Under the pieces are notes generated by a model. It had not been told where the DNA came from, made no database searches, and saw only the letters and a program-made list of their open reading frames with translations. 64,000 nt of DNA from Mantamonas sphyraenae STR306 (Eukaryota > Protista > CRuMs). Shown here piece by piece: positions 1 through 11,076 of the stretch (its first letter is position 1; the number at the start of each line of letters is the position of its first letter). Made by a program: the position numbers and the translations under genes. The stretch is from assembly GCA_026936335.1 (NCBI GenBank), contig JAPMXV010000013.1:62001-126000 (forward strand), read 5' to 3'.

Positions 1-210
1 TGGTCTGTCCTTTCCTCTTGCAGCAATCCTGTGTGTATTGACTTGCTGCTGTATGTAGGTGAAAAGAAATAAAAAAAAAGGGGTTTGGTAAAGTTGTTTC
101 TGTGTGTTGTTGTTTTTGGATGGCATGGGCGGCGCAGAGTGCCGTCAGTCCCAATGTGGTTTGCACACACAAGATGGGAAGAAAGGAGGTCACCCCTTGC
201 ACTCTCCCCC

Positions 211-242
211 CACACACACACACTCACACACACACACACACA
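211..242. repeat. (CA)n microsatellite upstream of the Med19-like gene
   Basis: cacacacacacactcacacacacacacacaca. Confidence 0.95.
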
Positions 243-278
243 TTGCCCCTTGCGCACACACATCCAACTCGTTCGCAC

Positions 279-1097
279 ATGGACACAGAACCGGCGTCCA
301 GTGCGCCACCGCCAACACAGACCCAACCAGCAGCGGCCAATGGTGGCACCGAGGGGCCCAATGGGACGTCGAATGTGCCTGTGCCACCCATGCTGGTGGA
401 CAGGGAGCAGCTTGTGCGCGATCCACTCCTCCTGCTGCGCCCCACCACCGTGTCACTGTCCCGCAGGAATGCCCGCTTCGATGTCATGAAGCTCTTTGAC
501 ATGGAGAACCTGTTTGAAGAGGCGCGCAAGAAAATCAAAAAGTTTGGCTTCGAGGCGTACGTGCAGGAGTTGCCGGAACCGTACATGCCCAGGCACCAGA
601 CGCTCAACCTGGACACGGACGACTTGGAGCTTGCGCTGGCGCCCGAATCGGTCATGGATGGACTGGAGGGCACGCAGCTGATGCCTCTGTTGCATCGCGC
701 TGCGTTTGGTGAGGACTACGACGTGCGTGAGTTTCACAAGGCGGTGGACACCGGGGCACTGTCGCTTGCACCGGGGGCGGTGGACTATGTGCCCTTCAAC
801 AACACCACCATCGACCCCACTGTGTCTCGGTACGTGAAGAAGGCCAAGAAGGAGAAGAAGAAGAAGGAGAAACATGCGGGGGAGACGGAGGAGGAACGCG
901 CTGCACGCAAGGCACGCAAGCGGGAGAAGAAGAAGCGCAAGCGGGAGGAAGCCATGCTGGACGACGACGCACAAGACACAACACCCGACCTCATGGCAAC
1001 CTCACCACAGGGGGCATCCAATGCAAACAACGACCATGCTGCATCACGCGTCGTCGTCACCCTCCCCAGCAAGAAGCAGCGTGTGGACGACCAATGA
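279..1097 (+). CDS. MED19: Mediator subunit 19 (Med19/Rox3)-like protein
   Basis: Start taken at ATG 279; the upstream part of ORF 102 is translated CA microsatellite. The core LLLRPTT..FDVMKLFDMENL..FEAYVQELP..LSLAPGAV, followed by a long Lys/Arg/Glu tail (KKEKKKKEK, KARKREKKKRKR), matches the Med19 layout. Similarity judged by eye. Confidence 0.5.
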   Translation: MDTEPASSAPPPTQTQPAAANGGTEGPNGTSNVPVPPMLVDREQLVRDPLLLLRPTTVSLSRRNARFDVMKLFDMENLFEEARKKIKKFGFEAYVQELPEPYMPRHQTLNLDTDDLELALAPESVMDGLEGTQLMPLLHRAAFGEDYDVREFHKAVDTGALSLAPGAVDYVPFNNTTIDPTVSRYVKKAKKEKKKKEKHAGETEEERAARKARKREKKKRKREEAMLDDDAQDTTPDLMATSPQGASNANNDHAASRVVVTLPSKKQRVDDQ

Positions 1098-1120
1098 CCA
1101 CCCACCACCCACCCACCACC

Positions 1121-1130
1121 AATGTACATT
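1121..1130. terminator. Candidate bidirectional 3'-end signal, palindrome AATGTACATT
   Basis: Perfect 10-bp palindrome in a 66-bp convergent gap. The same TGTACAT core recurs at 4003, 26004 and 26825. Confidence 0.4.
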
Positions 1131-1163
1131 CCCATTCCCATTCCCCCTCACTCACTCACTCAC

Positions 1164-3305
1164 TCACTCCTCCTCCTCCTTCCCCGCCCCCTTTGCCTTG
1201 GCCTTGGCCGCATCCTGCTTGGCTGCCAACACCTCCGCCTTGCAGTATACCCGCAACGGGATGTCCTCGCCCAGCTGTGCCTGTTTGCGAAGGTATCGCA
1301 CACGAAAGTGGTCGTTGCACCGGTGGGCATCCGGCAGCAGTGTCGAACTGTCTGCCACCGTGCGCCAATCCACGTCGTGCGACGTTTCAATCTTCCGCTG
1401 CGCAAGGATGCCCTTGTACAGCGCCAAACGCACCTCGGGTTTGTTCCACTGCGCTTTGGACATGGACACACGTGGCAAAGGCGTCCCATCCCTTGTCGAC
1501 GACGACCGCACAGCCAGCGTGCCCTCCTTGGCATCGTCCAGCTCCTCCGCCTGCTGCAGCTGCTTGTGTGCCGCATGCACAAAGTTGCCAAAGTGCGTGC
1601 GGCATGCCACGTGCGACCTCGTGCCCATCTTCTCCGCAATCTTTGCCCAGGGCATTGTCACGTCGTGAAAGTCCACCTCCTCCACGCGTTCAAACACAAA
1701 GCCCTGCCGCCTCAGTTCCGCACTCACCAGCTTCACCAGCTTCCGATCCTCCTCCTTCGACCACTTGCCATGCTTCCTCGAGTGTTCCTTGCTCAACACA
1801 CGCCACTTGTCCCTGCAATTGTCCCCGTACCTGCCCAACTCCTCCCCAATCGTCACCCACACCCCTGCCGCCGCCTCCCCATCCACCCCCACCCCATGTT
1901 TCGCCACAAGCTCCCTCAGCTGTTCCTCCTCCGCTTTGGTCCACCGTCCCTTCTTCCCCGGGTGGAATGCACGGATGAACCACCCTCGCACCGCCTTTCG
2001 CGTACGCCGCACCCCTCTCTGTTCCGCAAGCCGCGACACCTCCTGCCACTTGCCTCGCTTCCTTCCAGACAGCATCTCCTCCAGTGTCATCTCCTCCTGC
2101 TCCATGTACTCCTCTGCCGCTGCCTGCAATTCCCGAGCCTCCCACGCCATGATGGGCCCGTTTGTCACCTCCCCGGCGCCCATTCCCTTTCTTCCTCCCT
2201 CCTCCTCCTCCTTCTCATCCTCCCTTTCCGTCTCCTCTCCCCTCTCCTGTGTCTCTCCATCCTTACCGGCGTCCTCTTGGTCGGCTTTTTCCTCCTCCTC
2301 CTCAACCTCATCCTCATCCTCCTCCTCCTCAGCAGCCTTCACCTCCTCCAGCAACGCTACCATGGGGTTGTCACGCACCTTTCGCACTCGCGTCGGCCGT
2401 GTGGCCTTCTTCCTCTTGGCCACCAGCCGTGGCTCCTTCACCACCGTCCGTTTGCCATTCACGTCCCACACCCACGTGCGTGGCAGCGCGTTGATCCGCG
2501 GCACGGGGGCGCGTTGCCCTTCCACCTGCCGCACCTCTTCCCACCCGTGTTCGTCTTCCTTCTGCGCCATGAACGTGTATGCACTCTTCTGGCTCGTTTT
2601 GCCCTTCCGATCCCCCGCCTCTGTCCTCGCTCCACCCTTGCTCGTCGTGCTGCCCACCGCCGAAACTCGTTGCCGCTTTCGCGCATTTTCCTCAATCGGA
2701 ACCCTTTCCGTGTCACCCGCCTCCTCCACCTCCCGTTCCCATGCAGTGTCTCTGACCCCCTCCGATCCTTCTCTTTGACTCTCCTGTGCCTCTTCCTCCT
2801 CCCCATGCTTCCTTTTCTTGCCCTTGCCCTTCTTGTCCGCCTTTGGCCCCTTCCGCTTTGTTTTCTTTCGCTCCTCTCCCCCTTCTTCCTTGCTGCCTCC
2901 CGTGTTTCCATCTCCTGTCCCTTCGTCCTCTTCCAAAGGTGGAGGCCACATCCCATGGTCTACCGTCGCATTCTCTTTGCTCACTTGCCCCTCATCCTTC
3001 GTCTGGGTCTTCTCCTTCTTCTTCTTCTTCTTCTTCTTCTTCCTCTTCTCCTTCTTGCCTGTTTCCTCCTCCTCTGCATCCTTCTTTCTCTTCTTCTTCT
3101 TCTTCTTCTTCTTCTCCTTCTTCTTGCTTTTCTTCTTCTTCCCTCCAGCGTCGCCGTTGACAATCTCCACGTCCATCTCCTGATCACCCTCTTCCGTAGC
3201 CTCCACCACCTCACCCTCATCCTCATCCTCCTCCTCCTTCCTCCGTTTTGCCTTTTTGCTCTTCTTTGACTTTTTGCCAGTCAACGAAATGCGATCCTTG
3301 CCCAT
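1164..3305 (-). CDS. Myb/SANT-repeat DNA-binding protein, TTF1/Reb1/DMTF1-like
   Basis: Myb repeats KGRWTKAEEEQL..WVTIGEELGRYGDNCRDKWR, HGKWSKEEDRKL, PWAKIAEKMGTRSHVACR and DVDWRTV, plus a poly-Lys/acidic N-terminus. Start ATG 3305 (MGKDRIS). Confidence 0.85.
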   Translation of the reverse strand: MGKDRISLTGKKSKKSKKAKRRKEEEDEDEGEVVEATEEGDQEMDVEIVNGDAGGKKKKSKKKEKKKKKKKKRKKDAEEEETGKKEKRKKKKKKKKKEKTQTKDEGQVSKENATVDHGMWPPPLEEDEGTGDGNTGGSKEEGGEERKKTKRKGPKADKKGKGKKRKHGEEEEAQESQREGSEGVRDTAWEREVEEAGDTERVPIEENARKRQRVSAVGSTTSKGGARTEAGDRKGKTSQKSAYTFMAQKEDEHGWEEVRQVEGQRAPVPRINALPRTWVWDVNGKRTVVKEPRLVAKRKKATRPTRVRKVRDNPMVALLEEVKAAEEEEDEDEVEEEEEKADQEDAGKDGETQERGEETEREDEKEEEEGGRKGMGAGEVTNGPIMAWEARELQAAAEEYMEQEEMTLEEMLSGRKRGKWQEVSRLAEQRGVRRTRKAVRGWFIRAFHPGKKGRWTKAEEEQLRELVAKHGVGVDGEAAAGVWVTIGEELGRYGDNCRDKWRVLSKEHSRKHGKWSKEEDRKLVKLVSAELRRQGFVFERVEEVDFHDVTMPWAKIAEKMGTRSHVACRTHFGNFVHAAHKQLQQAEELDDAKEGTLAVRSSSTRDGTPLPRVSMSKAQWNKPEVRLALYKGILAQRKIETSHDVDWRTVADSSTLLPDAHRCNDHFRVRYLRKQAQLGEDIPLRVYCKAEVLAAKQDAAKAKAKGAGKEEEE
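3016..3141. repeat. (TTC)n tracts encoding poly-Lys runs of the Myb protein
   Basis: Several ttc arrays on the plus strand, equal to AAG codons on the minus strand. Confidence 0.9.
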
Positions 3306-3331
3306 CCACACCCACCGCAACTCGAAACCCG
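3306..3331. promoter_or_regulatory. Candidate 26-bp bidirectional promoter gap containing CCACCGCAA
   Basis: Lies between divergent ATGs at 3305 (-) and 3332 (+). The motif recurs at 4595-4603 and, on the minus strand, at 23811-23819. Confidence 0.35.
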
Positions 3332-3990
3332 ATGAATTCGCGTGGGCCCACCCGAGCAGGCATCCACGGTACGTTTCCACCCCCTCCACCCCCCACCCTC
3401 TGCCCCAATGTGGGTCGCCCTCTGACCTTTGCTCTTCCCCTCGCAATCACCCCACAGTCAACTGCCCAAAGTGCGACTCGGAGATCCACATCCCCTCCGA
3501 GTTCCTCCGTGTGCACAACCCATCCCACGACGACAAGCGCATGCTCACTCCAATGGTCTTTGGTGCTGCCAGCTTTGTCGGAGGCTTCTCCTGTACGTGT
3601 GTGCCCTGTGACCCCGTCCCTGACTTGGTCAACCCCCTTCCACAACTCCCTCCTCCTCCTCTTACACAATCTCTCCCCTCACCCAATTTCCCAGTTGGCA
3701 CTCTCACTGCCTTTTATGCGTGGGATCCTGCCATGAAGCTTGTGGAGCGTACAGCCCTCCGTGTGCGTTGGGCTATGCCTCCCTTTCTCCAGGTCGTCGC
3801 AGGCTCCCTTCTCGTCGCTGTCCCGGTCTCTGCAGGTGCCGGTCTCGGCGCTTCCCTCGTCCCTGGTCTCATGACCCTCAGTCTCCACGCCTTTCATGGT
3901 TCAAGTGACCTTGCTGACGGTGTTGTCCGCCGTACCGACGCCAAGCTGTTCCGCAAAGATTCCGAGGCCTCCCAAGACGACCAAGAGTGA
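3332..3990 (+). CDS. Hypothetical small membrane protein with N-terminal CxxC; exons 3332-3368, 3458-3592, 3695-3990
   Basis: GTACGT..CAG introns at 3369-3457 and 3593-3694 join in frame: MNSRGPTRAGIHVNCPKCDSE..GGFSFGTLTAF. Two glycine-rich hydrophobic segments. Confidence 0.6.
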
Positions 3991-4025
3991 CCCCAACAAC
4001 AATGTACATACACTCTACGCTCTCT

Positions 4026-4537
4026 TTATGGCGACCCTCGTGTCACTGCAGACACTGTCTGCTTCCTCCGCCTCTCCTTCTCACGCACCCCGACGAAATG
4101 CTGCCGTTGATCCGTTGATCCGTTCGACACCACACACACACACACACACACACCACGCCTCTCCGTGTCAGTCCTCTGCCTATCTCCCACTTTCCCACTG
4201 TCCTGTGTCCAACTTTTGCCCATCCACACAGCTCCTCCCGTTCGCACGGTCGTTCCACCCGGGTCGCTCCTTCTCGCCGTCGGGACGCCCGCAATCCCTC
4301 CCGCACATCACGTACAGAAACCCACGAGTCGAGACAGGCCGCCTCAAAGTCCTTGCGAGCCTGTGCACACTCGCCATATACACTGGTGTCGGCATGTGCG
4401 TCGCCCGAGCGCAGGGTTTGACGCACAGCTGCGTCCACCTCTGGGTTGGCGTCCAAACACGCAAAGTAGGCGTCGCGGGCATTCCAACACTGCTTGCGCT
4501 GGCCCTTTTTGATCATGGGCATGGTGCGTTCGGACAT
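4026..4537 (-). CDS. COA6: Cytochrome c oxidase assembly factor 6 (COX6B-like twin-Cys family); exons 4537-4316, 4100-4026
   Basis: RKQCWNARDAYFACLD..C..RKDFEAACLDSWVS|HF. Intron 4315-4101 is GTACGT..CAG. Confidence 0.85.
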
Positions 4538-4617
4538 GGTTTGGTGGCTGGAGAACTGAACAACCGCAAACGACAACAAACAGCGCTGGATCGACCACCG
4601 CAATCGCACCACACGCC

Positions 4618-5598
4618 ATGCTGTCCATTCTTCAACCCTACCAGGATGCTATGCATGCCCATTTGGAGGCATTGGGTCTGTCGCATGAGCACGCCACGCT
4701 GCTGCCGATTGAACTCGTCGCTGTGCTCATCACCTACGTTCTCCTGGCCCTCCTACGCCCTCGCCCACCCAGGGCAGACGTCAAGGGCAAGGCCGTTCTC
4801 GTCACAGGCGCCTCGGGCGTCATTGGCACGGCCCTGGTCAAGCAGCTGGCCGAGACGGGGGCCATTGTTTTCGCCACAGACGTCAACGAAAGCGGCCTGG
4901 AAAAGTTTGCAGAGATGACCAACGTGGTATGCATGCGCATGGATGTGACAGACATGGCAAGCATCGACCATGTGCTCAACGAGATCCGCACACGCGATTT
5001 GCCCCTGCACGCCCTCGTCAACAACGCCGCCGCCGCCGCCTTTGGTCCCTCGCTCGAGATGGACCCCGAGTTTGTCCGCACCATGTTTGACGTCAACGTC
5101 CTCGGCTACTTCAACTGCGTCCGGGCCGCATTTCCCCTCTTGCAGGAGCGTGGAGGCGGCAACGTGGTGGCCATCGGTTCCATGGCCGGCCTCATCGGCC
5201 TGCCATTCCTTGGCGTCTATTCGCAAACCAAACATGCCATCGAAGGCCAAATGCACACGTTGCGCCGCGAGACCATGGGCATGGGCGTCGAATTCTCGCT
5301 CGTTCGCCCCGGGTTGATCATCCAGTCGGGCATCAACCAGGTCAGCGATGACATGCGCGCCAAGGGTTCGCCCTACGAGAGCCGTGTCAACGCCTTTATT
5401 CGCAACCTGTTGGACGAGAGCAAAACTCTGGCTCCCGAGATGGTGGCTGCGGTCATCGCTGATCAGGTCCTGGCCAAATCGCCCGCTCTCGACATCATTG
5501 CGGACACTCGTCTCAACAAGATGATCTATGCCATCTACACCTCTGTGCCACACACTCTGGCTGATTTCATTGCCAAGAAGCTGTTCTTTGAGGAGTAA
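4618..5598 (+). CDS. Membrane-anchored short-chain dehydrogenase/reductase
   Basis: N-terminal TM segment, TGASGVIG cofactor motif, VNNA, catalytic S and YSQTK. Confidence 0.93.
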   Translation: MLSILQPYQDAMHAHLEALGLSHEHATLLPIELVAVLITYVLLALLRPRPPRADVKGKAVLVTGASGVIGTALVKQLAETGAIVFATDVNESGLEKFAEMTNVVCMRMDVTDMASIDHVLNEIRTRDLPLHALVNNAAAAAFGPSLEMDPEFVRTMFDVNVLGYFNCVRAAFPLLQERGGGNVVAIGSMAGLIGLPFLGVYSQTKHAIEGQMHTLRRETMGMGVEFSLVRPGLIIQSGINQVSDDMRAKGSPYESRVNAFIRNLLDESKTLAPEMVAAVIADQVLAKSPALDIIADTRLNKMIYAIYTSVPHTLADFIAKKLFFEE

Positions 5599-7675
5599 TC
5601 ACCAATCGCCGTAGTTGTGATGCTGCACCGCGTACTGCGACAGCATGGAGGCCTCATGCATGCCTGAGAGGTCCTTAAGCCCCTCCTGACCCAAGCTATT
5701 GCTTGCATCGGCCTCCTGCAGCCGCTTGTCATATTCGACATGCGTGGGCATCACCTCGGCCAGCGTTTGTAGCAACTCGCTCTCAATAAATGGCCAGTCC
5801 TTCAACGGGGTAAAGTTGTCCAGCACCGAGCGGGTGATGGTCACCAGGCGCGGGTGCACGGGTTGGAAGGCCAAAAAGTCGTGGAGGGCACGCAGCATCT
5901 TGAGAATAGTCTCGTGGGAGGGAAACTCGATGGGCAGCACCGACGCAGGCTGCAGGATGTCCATCATGTCGTGGACGCGTTGCACGTTGCCAATGGCCTG
6001 CAGGATGGCCTTGAAGCGGAACACCTTTGTGCGGTTGTTGCACATCAGTTGCACCAGCAGCTTCAGCTTGCTTGCAAACGCACTGTTCGACTTGCGGTAC
6101 CACCGCTTCTGCACCTGCTTCATCAGAAGCAACGCCAGTTCCTGGTGTTCGTATGCACGCTCCGTAATGTCCTGCTTGAAGCACATGTTCTCGCGTCGGA
6201 ACATGGTCAGCAACTCCTCGCGGATCCCTGCGTTCTCATGGCCCATCAGATCCTCCATCTGATGGTACGACGGGTTGTCGGTGGAGAAAAAGTCCTCGTC
6301 AATGTCCAACACCATCTGGGTGTCGTTGGGCAACTTCATCTCCAGCAGCCTGTCCACAGGCACCACACGCAAATCAAACGGCACCACGTGGCTGCCGTTC
6401 TTGAAGTAACCGTACCCCTCGCGGAATTGCGGATGCTTCCAATAGCCCACGGGTCCGGAGTAGTCCAGGAAGTAGTCTTCCTCAAACGTCACCCTGAACT
6501 TGCGCTCCATCTTGCCCCTACGATCGGGCTTCACCTCTGGCGCCTCACCCATAAACAGGTGCTGGTCCTCCATGTAGTCGTGCGCAAACTGGTGCGACCA
6601 ACGCGGTCTGACCCACACCACTCGGTCCACGTAACCCAGCCACACCCCGGCCAGGATGAAGCTGTTGATCTGAATCTTGTTCTTCCTCTCCCACCCTGCA
6701 CATCCCACCCACCCAGCCCATGCCCACGTGTCAGTGCATCCCGCTCCCCAACACACCCACCCTTCCTCCCACTCTCCATCCACAGACACAAGGCACAAGC
6801 TTATGGAACCACCCCCCCCCAATTAACTCACAAAACACGCTCGCACGCCGTTTCGGCGTGAAATACTCGGGCAACGCCAAGTCCGGGTGCGAGTCAAAGT
6901 GCACCACGGTAATTTTGCGCGTCTCATTGGTCTTTGGGTCGCGAAAGAGGCCACGGTCGGCTGCACTGAGCCAGAAACGCAACACCTCGTGGTGCTGTTC
7001 CGTCACAATCACCGGAACACGCGTCTCGTCTCGCAGCAGGCTGTTCAGCACCTGAGTGTACGTTCGCTTGGGTCGCTTTGGCTTGGGTGTGGGTGTGGGC
7101 TCTGCATCCGAGTCCTCGCCTTGGTTGTCCCCGTCTGCGTCCGACCAACGTCCGTCAGGGCCACTTGCATCGCTGCTCTCCTCCTCTTCCTTCACCTCCT
7201 GCACCTTGAGCTCATCCTCCTCCGCCACGTCACTGCCGCTGTTGCTGGACACGGTGGCAGCCTCGCCGTCCACCTTCCATCCGTCCTCCTGTGCTTCGGC
7301 CTCGTCCTTGGGTGCCACGTCGACACCTTTCACGGCTTCGTATTCCTGATCCTTGGGCAGCGGTTCCGCCTTGGGCGGGCTTGCCACCTCCTGGACCACA
7401 GGCACGTCCTCATCCTCGTTCTCCTCCTCTGCATCCTCTCCACTGTCGCCGTCGTCGCTGCTGAGGTCTCCGTGACGCACTTCCAGCCTGACCTTGCGTG
7501 CCAGCAGCTTCTGCGTCTCTTCATCCAGCGCCTTCAGCTTTGCGTCCGCATCCTTCACATTCACCTCGTCGACCCCCGAGCGTCGTCCCTTGCCCTCCGA
7601 GGCCACTGCTGCCTCGCATCCAATCCACAGTACAGCCAGCAGCACCAACACGTGCACTGTCAGTCGCACACGCAT
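5599..7675 (-). CDS. UPF0489 (C5orf22-like) protein with predicted signal peptide; exons 7675-6847, 6695-5599
   Basis: VTEQHHEVLRFW, VVHFDSHPDL, IQINSFI, VVWVRPRWS, VLDIDEDFFS, LVTITRS..DNFTP. Phase-1 intron 6846-6696 (GTGCGA..CAG). Confidence 0.85.
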
Positions 7676-7858
7676 CGTCGTCCTTTGGTTTTTTGGGTTT
7701 TGTGTGCCCAGGCTTTCGCATGCATCACCTGTGCTCCCCTTCCATGAACACCCACCCCCCTCCCCTTCCCCACCCTTCCTCTTTCATTGACCGCCATGGG
7801 CAGTGGCACCAGGACACGCTCCACGTCACCCAGTCTTGACCACGCAAACCACACTGCC

Positions 7859-10800
7859 ATGGAAGACTGGGAGCCAGATCGAGACGATCTGGAAAGCCTC
7901 ATCCAACTGCTGGAAGATAACCAATCCAGGGACAATGCCAGGCAGCGAGAGATTGCAGATGTGAGTTGATTGAACAAAGTGTGGGGGTGGGGGAAGTTGT
8001 CGGTGGGACATGCCACGCAACACACACACACACACACACACTCACTCACTCACTCACTCACTCACTCACGCTGTCTCACCGGTCGACAGACTCTGGAAGA
8101 GTTCTCCGAGACGGAGCCGGACTTCAACTGCTATCTGGCGCACGTGGCCATCAACGAGGTGGGGCTCGATCCGTTGGTCCGGTTCTCTGCCGCCTCGAGT
8201 TTGCGCGCGAACATCAACCGCCGCCTGAACCTGAACAAGGACGTGGTTGCCTATTTGCAAGCCACCATTCCCAACGGACTCCTGGACGAGGTATGTTGGC
8301 GTCGTTGCACGTGCCTTTATGCGCCTACACAAGCCCACAGAGCCTCCCAAGGTCCAAGGACATGCGCAGACGGCAAGGCCCGTCGGGCAAAGCACAGCGT
8401 TGACACAGAACACCACACGGTGCATGCACACACACCCATACACACACACACGCACCACAGGAATTGATTGTGCGTAAGCAGGTGACCACCATCATCTCCA
8501 ACATGGCCACCCTGTTTGGCATTGGCGAGTGGGATGGCCTGCTGGAGTTCTTGCTGGAGCTCATCGAGTCCGACAACGAATCCAACGTGGACATGGGCAT
8601 GTTGGTGCTTTCCAAAATGGTCGAGGATGACTCGGAGTGCATGTTGGAACCCGTGCCGGGTGAAGATGGCCGTGACGTCAAGCCCCTGGACGTGTTTTTC
8701 CCCGTGTGGCTCAACATCCTTCAGTCCGTCGACACCCCCTCTGTCCGTGTCTGCACCCTCAAGTGCATATCCGGCATGATAGACAAGATCTCCAATCGCC
8801 AATCTGAAGATTTGGCCACCTTTGCAGACGTAAGTGTGTGTCTGGGGCCAAAGAACACCCCCTTTGCCACTCTCTCGCACGTGTCTGTGTTGACGACCAT
8901 TTTCTGTGCAACTACGGGCTCAGCCTTATCACCACTCCCCACCACTCACCCCCTCCCCACCGCCACCACCACCACCACCACCACCACTATCATAGACACT
9001 GTGGGATGTGATCTCGCGAGACGGTGACGTCAAGGTGCTGCAGACGCTGGTGGAAACGGTGACGACGATGGTCGACCTGCGACCGGATTACGTGATGGGA
9101 CACATCGACGACTGGGTGGCATTCATGTTGGACAATGCACAGCATGAGGAGGATCTGGTGGCGTGTTTTGCCATTGAGTTCTTCTCGGTGCTGAACGAGA
9201 CGAGTGCGTTGGCGATGGATGTGCTGAAGCCACACCTGGACGATGTGATTGCCACGCTGCTGCAGTGCATGCGCTACACGGACTGGGACGAAGAGGTGGA
9301 GGATGCCGACGAGGAGGATTGGGAGGAGGAGGACAACGTGCAGGACTTGAAGCCCAGGCACCACGACATGGCAAACGACAAGTTTGAGGAGACGGACGAC
9401 GACCTGGACAGTGGCACCACCATGAAGCTGAGCAGGCGCAGATACGCCGGATTGGCCCTGGAAATGCTGTGTTCCACCTATCAGGGCTCCATTGTGGATC
9501 TGCTGTGGGACCACGTGCGCGAGTACCTGGACTCCAACAACTGGGAGGAGCAGGACATTGGTGTGCTTGCCCTGGGTGCTTGCTCCTGTGTCAACGAAAC
9601 CATTGAGGAGATGAGCAAGCTGTACCCGGAGATTGTGCCCTACCTTGTGGAAAACCTGCGTTCGGAGCACTCCCTTCTGCGTGGCATCTCCGCATGGTCG
9701 TTGGCCACCATGAGCCGTTGGATTGTGCACCAGACGGAGGACAAACACTTGTTCAAGGATGTCCTCGACGGTCTCCTGGTCCTGATGTTGGACAACAACA
9801 AAAAGACCCAGCGTGCAGCCTGCGTTTCCCTGGGCAGCCTGATGAACCAGGCCAAGAACTACATGGCCTCCTACCTGCCCGAGGTGCTGGAAACCATGCA
9901 GGATGCCTTTGACAAATACCATTACGCCTCACGCATTTCGCTGTTTGACAGCGTGGCCGTGCTGGCCGACGCCGTGGGCGACGCCCTGCAGGAACAGGAG
10001 TTCCGCGACATGCTCATGCCCAAACTCATGCACGAATGGGAGCAGATGAACTTTGAGGACGATTACTTCCTTATTCCGCAGTTTGAGGCCATGGTGGCCG
10101 TGGTGATGGCCCTGGAGGAACACATCCGCGAGTACGCAGACATCATCTTTGAAAAGTGCGTCCTCATGCTCCAGCGCTCCATCGACATCAAGTACGAATG
10201 CATGGAGAACAACACACCCCTGCCTCCCAGCGATCTGATGGTCGTCATCCTCGACACCATGGGCTCCCTGTGCGACTCGGTCGGCGATGTCGTCCCGGAG
10301 CTGTGGCGTGAGGCGGACCGTGAGCTGGACCTGCAGGGCCCTCTCATCCTCATGCTCAAGGATTGCCTGGGTGATGGTTCGCAGAACGTGCGCCGGTGTG
10401 CCTTTGGCATGGTGGGCGACCTTGCCAACCTGGACGTGGGCATCCTGGAGCCGCTGTACCCAGAGGTGGTCAACATGATCCTGGACACGCTGACGGTGCG
10501 CAACGTGACGCTGAAGCCGTCGCTGTTGAGCAACGCGACGTGGGCGGCGGGCAATCTGATCAAGGCCCTGGGCGAGGATATGGAGGAGTTTGCCGACGAA
10601 CTGTACAAGGTGCATGCCGACCAGTTGGGTCAGGAGAGGATCAAGGCCACGCTGTTGAACAACCTGACCATCACCACGGGCCTGCTGATGACCGTGTTTC
10701 CCAAACTGGGCCTGGAGTACGTGGGCACCCTGGGCAAGTTCTACTGTGTGGGCCTCACATACATTGTGGACAACGAAGAGCGTGAGAACGCGTACATGGC

Positions 10801-11029
10801 CCTGTGCCAACTCATCCTGGAGGACCCGGAAATCATTGCCAACCACTTTTTCTACTTTTGCGACGCCGTTTGCTTCTACGAGGAGCCCAGCGAGGAGCTG
10901 GAGGGTGTCATCACCGAAATCATGCACACCTACCGCGAATCCCTTTCCGACCGCGAGTGGAAGGTGTACATTGACAAATATCCGGACGAGTTGCGCGAGA
11001 TCATGTTGGAACGCTTCTTTGCCGACTGA
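7859..11029 (+). CDS. TNPO1: Transportin / karyopherin-beta2; exons 7859-7960, 8090-8290, 8461-8829, 8996-11029
   Basis: MEDWEPD..LIQLL..PDFNCYL N-terminus, acidic H8 loop (DLKPRHH), HEAT repeats, NATWAAG. Three GT-AG introns splice in frame. Alternative in-frame ATG at 7796. Confidence 0.88.
8021..8069. repeat. Compound (CA)n(CTCA)n microsatellite in transportin intron 1
   Basis: Read directly from the sequence. Confidence 0.95.
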
Positions 11030-11076
11030 AGAAAGAGGCAAGAGTCGACCAAATTTAATACATTGATGGGGTCTGT

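Noticed and set aside
1-126. Possible 5' part of a minus-strand gene (pyrimidine tract plus CAG near 49-85, ATG at 126)
   Set aside because: Too short and cut by the window edge to support a call.
102-278. HTHTHT or VCVCVC peptides here and in many other ORFs
   Set aside because: Translations of CA/TG microsatellites in UTRs and introns.
1147-1169. (GTGA)n at the Myb stop as a splice donor extending the gene
   Set aside because: Splicing would run into the antisense Med19-like CDS, and the protein ends plausibly at TGA 1164.
1122-3269. 715-aa Leu-rich plus-strand ORF resembling a membrane protein
   Set aside because: Antisense of the Glu/Lys codons of the Myb gene.
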